In this document: positions 48,130-55,624 of the stretch, one piece after another
Position numbering within the stretch: the first letter of the stretch is position 1
How the letters are laid out: every line of letters begins with the position of its first letter
Position numbers and translations under genes: made by a program
IMG/VR virus record: IMGVR_UViG_3300004463_000226
Span: 1-64,000 of that record
DNA: 64,000 nucleotides
Strand: one strand, 5' to 3'
Notes under the pieces: generated by a model
What the model was told of the DNA's origin: nothing
Databases searched by the model: none
Seen by the model: only the letters and a program-made list of their open reading frames with translations

Positions 48130-48456
48130 TTATAGAGAAAATACTTCAGCGTTGTATCTTGACTCAGCGTATTCAATACCTTCAGGATCATAAATAGTAA
48201 CAGCTATACCACGCATAATTTCACACTTCCAAAGATACACGCGGACGTTAATGATATCTCCGTTATGGTTCATTGCACCACAATCAACAATAGCCTTATC
48301 CCTCTTACCTTCTTTAATCTCATTATATGTCAGGATAGTATTAAAATTATCACATCTAACCATATCATGACCAAAAAATGTTTCTAAGAATCCGTGAGCA
48401 TATACTCCTTCCAATAAAGCTGCATCTCTAGTAGTGTCGTAATTGTAAATCATTTC
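48130..48456 (-). CDS. Hypothetical protein (early)
   Basis: The early motif at 48493 and the leader box lie inside the ORF-track N-terminus, so the true start follows the GGAGG RBS. Confidence 0.6.
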   Translation of the reverse strand, partial: EMIYNYDTTRDAALLEGVYAHGFLETFFGHDMVRCDNFNTILTYNEIKEGKRDKAIVDCGAMNHNGDIINVRVYLWKCEIMRGIAVTIYDPEGIEYAESRYNAEVFSL

Positions 48457-48509
48457 CATTCCTCCAAACAAATTATTATTGATTACACGTTTATAATATA
48501 TAAATGGCA

Positions 48510-48914
48510 TTACTGATTATACGATTCCCTTGAGGTATATATTTCATAGCGGGAACGTAGAAACCTTTCTTTTATAGGAGGATCAATGGTAAGGGCTGTT
48601 GACAATACATAAATATCATCTCTTTTTATTAACTTAGTAAATTCAGCCAAATACTGTCTAGATTTCCCTAGATCATCTAATATCTTAATAGTTACTTTAT
48701 CAAAGATATTTCCTTTGAGAAATAAATGGGTATTTTCATGAATATCAAAAAATAGGTTTTTATATATTGGAGCATTCTCACTAAATAGTACTAAGCCGTC
48801 TAATTCTATAGTCATCTCATAGTATGTATTTGGATCTGGTATTTCACGACACAAGCGAATTATTCCATGTTCAAATGGCTCATATCTATCTTTCTTCATT
48901 ACACTTGTTAACAT
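48510..48914 (-). CDS. Hypothetical protein
   Basis: AGGAGGGG RBS before MLTSV. Confidence 0.6.
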   Translation of the reverse strand: MLTSVMKKDRYEPFEHGIIRLCREIPDPNTYYEMTIELDGLVLFSENAPIYKNLFFDIHENTHLFLKGNIFDKVTIKILDDLGKSRQYLAEFTKLIKRDDIYVLSTALTIDPPIKERFLRSRYEIYTSRESYNQ

Positions 48915-48964
48915 GGTTTCCCCTCCTTTTAATAAAAAAATAAGCATCCGAAGATGCTCATTAG

Positions 48965-49423
48965 TTATCCATGTGAACGTTCATAATCACCAGTATATGT
49001 AAGTGGCTGACTCCATCTCCATTGGTTTATTGTTGAATACTGTCCATCGTTAATATCTACTATAATGAATGGAATATATTGATCATTGACTGTACAAGCG
49101 AGCACCAGATACATAGTCTGATCGTCTATTTTATATGGTCTAGTTTCCCTAAGAATGACAGTCTTTGTTTTTCTATCATATCCTTGACTTTCAATATACC
49201 TTAAAGGGAATGTAGGAATAAAGCCTTTATCTAATAGTGTTTTAAATAGATCTACTATTGTATCATATTTTGTATTAACTAACTCAATCTCATCGTCCAT
49301 CGTCAATATCTGCTGCGACTCAACTCCTTCAATAGTTGCTGGTGTTATAGGACAAAAGAAATATGAAAGTCGGTCTCCTTTCTCATACATTTCTAACATA
49401 GTTTTAAAGTTTTGAATAGGCAT
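48965..49423 (-). CDS. Hypothetical protein (early)
   Basis: Early motif at 49463; AGGAGG RBS. Confidence 0.65.
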   Translation of the reverse strand: MPIQNFKTMLEMYEKGDRLSYFFCPITPATIEGVESQQILTMDDEIELVNTKYDTIVDLFKTLLDKGFIPTFPLRYIESQGYDRKTKTVILRETRPYKIDDQTMYLVLACTVNDQYIPFIIVDINDGQYSTINQWRWSQPLTYTGDYERSHG

Positions 49424-49503
49424 ATTAAAGCCCTCCTTAGAATTATATTGTATTACCTATTTATAATATATACTTAAAAAGAATGACTATCCGAAGATAG
49501 TCA

Positions 49504-49761
49504 TTATATAGTTAGCTGATGTAGTGATTCCTTCTTAACCAGTTCATGCATTAACTCGACGATAAAATTCTTCGATGGACTGAATCCTAGAATGGTTTTG
49601 GCAGCTTCTTCATTATCTGGTTTCCATTGAAGATCGTCCATTTTAATATAGTGTAAATTAAAAGTTCGATGATAAAGATGCCATTTATCATCAATTGCAA
49701 CTTCGGAGATACATTTGTCTTCACAATCATTTACATATACTCTACGCCATTTAATATCCAT
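49504..49761 (-). CDS. Hypothetical protein
   Basis: GAGGTG RBS. Confidence 0.6.
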   Translation of the reverse strand: MDIKWRRVYVNDCEDKCISEVAIDDKWHLYHRTFNLHYIKMDDLQWKPDNEEAAKTILGFSPSKNFIVELMHELVKKESLHQLTI

Positions 49762-49770
49762 GTTTTCACC

Positions 49771-50139
49771 TCATGAAAATATCTTTTTCCAGAATGGTTT
49801 ATCATCTTCTTGTTTCCATTGATCAAGAATAGCCTGAGCCGATTCTTCAGTATGTGAATTCTGACTAAGTTTTTCTCCTAGTTTTTTATCAGTGTAACAG
49901 TTGAACTGATCGGTGTCAACATCATATGCTATTCTATAGATGTATAGGGTTTCACCAGCTAATACAATACTTTTCTTTTCCTTTAATTCAATTGATAGTT
50001 CTCTAGTTTCAAAAGGAATCCATTTACTCCATACACTTCGATTTATTTCATATACAAGACCACTTGCTCCATATGGAGCATTATATCTATCTGGTTTTAA
50101 TGTTATTACGTCCTCTTTACCAAAGAATACATATTTCAT
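49771..50139 (-). CDS. Hypothetical protein with a C-terminal amphipathic helix (KPFWKKIFS)
   Basis: AGGAG RBS. Confidence 0.6.
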   Translation of the reverse strand: MKYVFFGKEDVITLKPDRYNAPYGASGLVYEINRSVWSKWIPFETRELSIELKEKKSIVLAGETLYIYRIAYDVDTDQFNCYTDKKLGEKLSQNSHTEESAQAILDQWKQEDDKPFWKKIFS

Positions 50140-50145
50140 AAGTAT

Positions 50146-50664
50146 CTACTCCTTTAAGTTAATAAATAAGTACATTTTTTCTTTTACATCATGTAACTTA
50201 TCTCTGAACACATTAACAACATTTTTACTCTTGCTAATATATCCGATGAATTGCTTAAGGTTAATTACCTTTTTCAGTCTCTTTTTAGACCTAGCCGAGT
50301 GGAGTATCTCGTATGCTTCTAATAAGGTCTTTTTCTCTTTTTTCTTTAAATTATAGTCCTTAATATAGTGCTCTAGCTCAAGTAGTGTTGAGCTAATTCT
50401 TCCTCTTTCTTCTCCAATAATGTCTCTAACCATTTGTAATTCAACTCTTGTTAAAACCATATCTAGTTCATCATCATGCTCTAGATATAAGTCATCAAAA
50501 TCTACTAATAAACCATTAATGTGTTTCTCTTTCTTAATCTTGGAGCAGAAATACTCTTCTGTATCAAATTCCTTCTGTAACATATAGTTCTGAACATCTT
50601 TAGATGATTCACTAATAGCTACAACTTTCTGTGAACTGGTTTGTATAATGACAAATAGTTTCAT
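50146..50664 (-). CDS. Hypothetical protein, paralog family A
   Basis: GGAGG RBS before MKLFVII; same architecture as 44755 and 45492. Confidence 0.6.
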   Translation of the reverse strand: MKLFVIIQTSSQKVVAISESSKDVQNYMLQKEFDTEEYFCSKIKKEKHINGLLVDFDDLYLEHDDELDMVLTRVELQMVRDIIGEERGRISSTLLELEHYIKDYNLKKKEKKTLLEAYEILHSARSKKRLKKVINLKQFIGYISKSKNVVNVFRDKLHDVKEKMYLFINLKE

Positions 50665-50706
50665 ATTCCCATCCTCCAAAAAAATGAAGCTGAGTTTCAG
50701 CTTCAT

Positions 50707-51042
50707 TTATCTATGTGCTAATTTATCAGGATAAAGTTCTACAATCTCATTGTTGGGACGTAGAAACGCTTTTTTAATGTAATAGAACGTATATACTTCA
50801 TCATCTTTAAAGTCAGTCTTATATGTTGTATGTGCTGTAAACTCAATAGTTGTTCCATCTTTCTTACGGAACGTCACAACCATAAACTGATCATTGTTAG
50901 GCATGTCAGTATAGTATTGAAATGCCATATCCTCAGCAAGATGTTTCTTGTGTGGAATATTCATTGCTATCAGTACAGTAACTGAAATTAATGTAATTGT
51001 AGCTAGTATTCCGAATATAACCTTGTAAAATAAATTATTCAT
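50707..51042 (-). CDS. Membrane-anchored hypothetical protein
   Basis: N-terminal TM helix. Confidence 0.6.
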   Translation of the reverse strand: MNNLFYKVIFGILATITLISVTVLIAMNIPHKKHLAEDMAFQYYTDMPNNDQFMVVTFRKKDGTTIEFTAHTTYKTDFKDDEVYTFYYIKKAFLRPNNEIVELYPDKLAHR

Positions 51043-51074
51043 ATTGATTAACTCTCTCCCTTTTATGTCTTCAA

Positions 51075-51512
51075 TTATATGTTTGCGAGTGTTTTAAATT
51101 CTATATTGTAAGTAAGGGTATCTTTAAGATCTAAATTTAATCTAGTAATTCCTTCTTTTATATAAATTATAGGACATGCTTCTATTCCTTTATCATGTCG
51201 ATATACCCATACAAATAAAACATGGTCAAATCTCATTCGTCTTGTTGCTTTAGTTTTAGCATCTATTATCAGATACTCATCATCTAGTGCATAGTCTATA
51301 GTTTTATATTGACTATTGTTAATAATGAAGTGGTTCTCTGATAAATATTTTAAAAGATCTGTTATAGGTAAACCTTTATCAAGATCCCTAAATATTGAGT
51401 TAACTGATAATTGTCTTTTATGTATATCTGTAATATACATCACAGTTAATCCTATTTCCTTAGGATGTGGAAATTCCTCCCTGAATTTGAGTAAATTGTT
51501 TAACATTATCAT
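51075..51512 (-). CDS. Hypothetical protein (early)
   Basis: Early motif at 51570; GAGGT RBS. Confidence 0.6.
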   Translation of the reverse strand: MIMLNNLLKFREEFPHPKEIGLTVMYITDIHKRQLSVNSIFRDLDKGLPITDLLKYLSENHFIINNSQYKTIDYALDDEYLIIDAKTKATRRMRFDHVLFVWVYRHDKGIEACPIIYIKEGITRLNLDLKDTLTYNIEFKTLANI

Positions 51513-51589
51513 TTTTTACCTCTCCCTAATAAATATATTGGATACATAGCAGAACTATGTATCCAATATATAATATATAACTAAAATAA

Positions 51590-51732
51590 AAGAATAATCG
51601 GTCTAAGGGATTTGGACCAAATCAATGAGGGAAAACGGCGCGACTCATCGCAATCAATGTGTTCCACTAGTAAGAACACGAAAAGGTTTTATTCCCTGAT
51701 CGGTCCAGGAAATCCCAATAGTGTTATCTATT
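51590..51732 (-). ncRNA. Candidate ~140-nt structured RNA (long rod capped by a three-way junction)
   Basis: Nested stems GGGAUUU/AAAUCCC, GGACC/GGUCC, AUCA/UGAU, GGGAA/UUCCC and AAC/GUU enclose hairpins GUGUUC/GAACAC and GCGA/UCGC. AACT-N6-TA motif at 51732-51743; U-rich 3' end; no ORF. Confidence 0.65.
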
Positions 51733-51748
51733 AATTAATAGTTCAAAA

Positions 51749-52057
51749 TTATTTTCGTCTAAATGGTAATTTAAACTTCGGTCGAGTAGTCTTTGTAATG
51801 TACGGAATTAGCACATATACGATAACAATTATGCAAGGTAATATGATAAACCCAGCATTTATAATTAACTGAGCCACACCATATCCAAACTGGACTATAC
51901 CAAGTTCAGGTTCAATGAACACAAATGCAATTCCAATAATAACATTAAATATACCTTGTACAACTGTAACTCCAGCATATAATATAGTGGCACAGAATAA
52001 TGCAATTGACACATAACAAAGTAACTTCATCAATAATTTATCTCTAAATTTCTCCAT
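51749..52057 (-). CDS. Hypothetical membrane protein
   Basis: Two to three long hydrophobic segments. Confidence 0.65.
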   Translation of the reverse strand: MEKFRDKLLMKLLCYVSIALFCATILYAGVTVVQGIFNVIIGIAFVFIEPELGIVQFGYGVAQLIINAGFIILPCIIVIVYVLIPYITKTTRPKFKLPFRRK

Positions 52058-52063
52058 AATACA

Positions 52064-52552
52064 CTACTCCTTACCTTTACTTGGGAATAAATCAGGTCTT
52101 GCTCTTCTAGCAACTCTAGCCATAAGCATTTTTTGAATATCGTTAATAGCATTTGTAAATTCTTGTTGATCTAGTGGATGGGTCGGGTTCAGAGACATAT
52201 ATAAGTTATACATGTCAGAACTTAATTTAACAAGCTCTCCTTCAACTTCACGGGCATATATATCCTCCAATAGATCACATTTAGCAGCTTCATAATAATA
52301 TCCGTCCCTAGCATGAGATCCACACTTATCACATATGAAGATAGGGTCTCTCATTGAAATATTTCTTTCTTTATATACATAATGCTGTACTTCACCTCTT
52401 TCTTCAGACAACGTCATTCTTCTTTTACCTAAACAATTCTCATTGGAGCAAAACATTAGATAGTTACCTTCACTATCAAAACGATCGCCTCTTCCAATAG
52501 AATCAAATAAGTGAAGACCAAACAAATGACTCATATTATCGTCTATATTCAT
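52064..52552 (-). CDS. Zn-ribbon-containing hypothetical protein
   Basis: CSNENC...CDKCG plus a helical C-terminal HP.D..EF...I..IQ...AR domain. Confidence 0.6.
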   Translation of the reverse strand: MNIDDNMSHLFGLHLFDSIGRGDRFDSEGNYLMFCSNENCLGKRRMTLSEERGEVQHYVYKERNISMRDPIFICDKCGSHARDGYYYEAAKCDLLEDIYAREVEGELVKLSSDMYNLYMSLNPTHPLDQQEFTNAINDIQKMLMARVARRARPDLFPSKGKE

Positions 52553-52559
52553 AACAACA

Positions 52560-53102
52560 TCACTCCTTTAATAGTTTTATACATTGGTCTAACGATGCTC
52601 TTATTTCCTTCCTTATATTCTCTTGCTGTCTCGTACAAGCTCTTTTAATGGCTTTATAATCAATAACAGTTCTTTCATATAGACCAAAGAAATACTTGTA
52701 TTGTTTTATTACATCTTTTGATTGAAATCGTATTCTTATTATATTGGTTTTATCATTAGAGAAATCTATTATTTTGAAATCCACATAAAATATGTTCTCC
52801 CAGTCAGCATGAATACTGTCCCACTTAACTATACACGGATTTCTGTGTCTAATATTACCTGTAGCATAATTCTTATCTACCATTATAGCTAGTGAAGGTT
52901 CAAAATAATTTGTATCACCTTCAGTTATATCAACTGCTTGACTTGTATAAAATCTCCTGTTACTTTTTATTTCCAGAAATATCATTAGATTCACAAATGA
53001 AAATAAATCACTTACAATTGTATCCCTCATATTAAAACTATTGAATAGGTATCTTGTTTTTTCTATGTCCATAGGTTTTTTTAAAAAAGATGGTAGCTTC
53101 AC
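52560..53102 (-). CDS. Hypothetical protein
   Basis: GGAGG RBS, GTG start. Confidence 0.6.
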   Translation of the reverse strand: MKLPSFLKKPMDIEKTRYLFNSFNMRDTIVSDLFSFVNLMIFLEIKSNRRFYTSQAVDITEGDTNYFEPSLAIMVDKNYATGNIRHRNPCIVKWDSIHADWENIFYVDFKIIDFSNDKTNIIRIRFQSKDVIKQYKYFFGLYERTVIDYKAIKRACTRQQENIRKEIRASLDQCIKLLKE

Positions 53103-53209
53103 TTATTTCCCTCCAATGCAATGTATTCTTATAATAAAGTTAAGAGGATTATAAATACTTACTAAAAGACTTTAAATATAGACATAGGATTATTTTCCTA
53201 TGTCCGCCA

Positions 53210-53335
53210 GATAATATTATCTATTTTTCATTAAATAAATATATAATAACATTAATAAGTAAATAATACTATTAAATGTTATTATATATACTAATATTAT
53301 CTATTTATATAATCTCTATATATCTCATAAAAAAT
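53210..53335. other. Extremely AT-rich tract with a 15-bp inverted repeat (candidate DNA-unwinding element)
   Basis: ATATATAATAACATT (53239-53253) / AATGTTATTATATAT (53275-53289); ATTATCTATTT direct repeats at about 53216 and 53296. Confidence 0.5.
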
Positions 53336-53515
53336 CTCCAACATATATCTTTATATCCTTGCCCCCCCTATCCCCCCCATAACACCGTAAAAGGGTGCTA
53401 TGAGGAGAACAAGGTGTGTGTCTGGGATAAATAAAGATACGACGAATGAAAGTCCATCTTTTCATCAATGCGATATTTTTGTTGGGAGACAAATATATCT
53501 AAGTTTGACTAGATT
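53320..53515 (-). ncRNA. Candidate ~200-nt structured RNA with a 21-bp G-U-rich helix and a G7-AUA-G7 tract
   Basis: AACA-TTAAAG-TA at 53515-53526 (-). CCUUGUUCUCCUCAUAGCACC pairs fully with GGUGUUAUGGGGGGGAUAGGG only on the - strand (6 G-U pairs). Outer stems UAUCUUUAU/AUAAAGAUA and UCUCC(C)AACA/UGUUGGAGA. Confidence 0.7.
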
Positions 53516-53565
53516 ACTTTAATGTTCCCCATTAGTAAAAAATAATTGAACATTTTTTTGCTTAC

Positions 53566-53780
53566 AAAAACCCCTAATAGATCCAGCGAGGTCTATTAGG
53601 GAATTTTTGCATATGGGAAATGTGATAGAGCATGAGTACCAGTTTTTTATCTCCCAAGCAGTTAGATAAGAATTTGGTTCATGGTCATGGTTCTGAAACG
53701 TCCGCGTTTCAACAGTCTGTTTGATTTTAATATATGCCTTCTATACAGGGGCCTGGTAATACTTGGAAATATATCCAATT
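53566..53780 (-). ncRNA. Candidate ~215-nt multi-branched RNA with its own promoter and terminator
   Basis: AACA-TAATAG-TA at 53780-53791. Closing stem UACCAG/CUGGUA around three hairpins (including UGAAACG-CGGA-CGUUUCA and UUAUCU/AGAUAA). Terminator CCCUAAUAGA/UCUAUUAGGG plus a U-run; no ORF with an RBS. Confidence 0.65.
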
Positions 53781-53926
53781 ACTATTATGTTACTATAGTA
53801 ATTAAATAAAATTAAAAAAATAGACCTTGCCAATAAGCAAGGTCGAAATAATATAAAACATAGGAAGAAATAAATTTAAAATGGAGTTAAATCTATTACT
53901 TATCTTGTTTAATAATTAGTAACTTA

Positions 53927-54211
53927 TTATTTAGATTTCTTTATACAACCGTAATTATTACTAAACCCATTACCGTGCCAAGTTTCACTTACAACTCCCC
54001 ATTTACCACCCATTAATTTACACTTCTCTTTCTTTAATTCAATAATTTTGTTTTCATGTATAGCTAAAGGAATAAATGGTGCAAAGAAAGTAAATATTAA
54101 TACAATCATACCTATTGCACGAATATGTATATTTCTACCCATTAGAGCAATATACACTCCAATACCTGCGCTAATAAGTCCAAATATAAACCAAATTAAA
54201 AATGTTTTCAT
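53927..54211 (-). CDS. Small membrane protein
   Basis: Two TM helices and a C..MGG...Y.C tail. Confidence 0.6.
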   Translation of the reverse strand: MKTFLIWFIFGLISAGIGVYIALMGRNIHIRAIGMIVLIFTFFAPFIPLAIHENKIIELKKEKCKLMGGKWGVVSETWHGNGFSNNYGCIKKSK

Positions 54212-54256
54212 ATTATCATATCCTTTCTTAATACAAAAAATAAAAACCTTGTCGAA

Positions 54257-54703
54257 TTAACGACAAGGCGAAAAGATTTTGCGCTGAATCATTTTCATGA
54301 ATGCCAATATATCATCTTCTTTTACTTCAGTTTTAACTGTAATTTGTTTTCTGCTATTCATGAACTCTTCTCTACGTTTCATACGATCATTATGGCGTTT
54401 CTTGATGAAGTCAGGTGCATGTCTTTCCACCTTGGGATCTGTTATCGTTTGAATATTTAATACTCTTGGTTTTCTTCTAGTAAAAGCAGGCATTGTGTCT
54501 ATTTCTTTCATATTATATATCGGCTCTTCAATAACCTTTGTGATCACAATAGGTTCTTCAACTACTTCTACAGTTGTTACACCCATTACAAAATCAGCTT
54601 CAGCTTTAAGAGCCTCAGATTCACCTTGGAAGAATTTCTTTATGCTATCAGTATCAATCTTTGTTGTTGAAACTACTACATTTTTATTTTCGATAATTTT
54701 CAT
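54257..54703 (-). CDS. Hypothetical protein
   Basis: GGGAG RBS with a leader box at 54726. Confidence 0.6.
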   Translation of the reverse strand: MKIIENKNVVVSTTKIDTDSIKKFFQGESEALKAEADFVMGVTTVEVVEEPIVITKVIEEPIYNMKEIDTMPAFTRRKPRVLNIQTITDPKVERHAPDFIKKRHNDRMKRREEFMNSRKQITVKTEVKEDDILAFMKMIQRKIFSPCR

Positions 54704-54745
54704 TATCTATCACTCCCAATTTTTATTATTATTGATTAGTTGAAT

Positions 54746-55255
54746 CTATTTTATTTTCTTAGAGATTCTTGTCTTTTCCTTAGACACTGCCTCATTGAAA
54801 ATATTTACTAATTCTGGGAAGGATTGAAATGCAGCAACTATTGCTTGACCGTAAAGGAAATAGCAAAAGAAAGATATAGTCTCTCTACATAATTTATTAA
54901 AGAAGTCTTTAAATTCTCCTGTAAGTAAAGAATATGCCAATGCAAATATATTAGCCTCAACTTCAACACGTTGATATCTATACTTACGCATACCCCAATA
55001 ACTATCTTCATGATTGACATACTTGACATTTTTATATAGCCACATATTGCTTCTTTTATTTTGCCAAGCATGAAACATTTCATGAGAAAGTGTAGTTGAT
55101 CTACTATCCTTATAAACAAGAACCTGATCTATCATAGGAACATAGTAACCATTAGAAGATTCAGGTTTTCTAGTCTCAGGATCAAGGTACATGACACTCG
55201 TCTTAGACAATCTTAAAATCCTTCTTAAAATCTTTTCATGTGTTGTTAATTTCAT
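54746..55255 (-). CDS. Zincin-like metallopeptidase (HExxH)
   Basis: LSHEMFHAWQ...EVEAN; early motif at 55303. Confidence 0.65.
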   Translation of the reverse strand: MKLTTHEKILRRILRLSKTSVMYLDPETRKPESSNGYYVPMIDQVLVYKDSRSTTLSHEMFHAWQNKRSNMWLYKNVKYVNHEDSYWGMRKYRYQRVEVEANIFALAYSLLTGEFKDFFNKLCRETISFFCYFLYGQAIVAAFQSFPELVNIFNEAVSKEKTRISKKIK

Positions 55256-55365
55256 AATGCTTTACCCCCAAATTATTATTGATTATTATATTACTTACAA
55301 ATATAATATATACTTGACATTTTTCAAAAAACTAATTTTTTAAAATTTATCTTAAACATAAAATT

Positions 55366-55551
55366 AATGGGGTTATCCCCCAGGAGGCTTTAGATGACGT
55401 TCGGCAAAGACCACGCTCTACTGTATCAAAACCTTATTTTTACCCAATAGATTTAGTGGTACGGCTTCTAGATTGAGGGACCTTTTATATAAATGATTCT
55501 ATTCATCAGTATTCTTTATTCAGAAGAATGTTGATGAATAGAATTGTTTTT
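55366..55551 (+). ncRNA. Candidate fold-back RNA containing an 18-codon ORF with a sequestered RBS
   Basis: AACA-TAAAAT-TA at 55355. Nested pairs GGU..UCCC/GGGACC, GGAGGC/GCUUCU, ACCAC/GUGGU and UCUA/UAGA. AGGAGG precedes an ORF at 55394-55450. Long terminator hairpin at 55494-55548. Confidence 0.55.
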
Positions 55552-55624
55552 AATGTTCATAGATTATAACATTTTCGTTCACCAACATTCTATTAAATCA
55601 TATTAGAATAAGAGGTGAACGAAA

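Noticed and set aside
51615-51717. Hammerhead ribozyme, 6S RNA or SRP RNA assignment
   Set aside because: No CUGANGA...GAAA core in the right arrangement, no SRP helix-8 motif, and shorter than 6S without a central bubble; kept only as an unassigned RNA.
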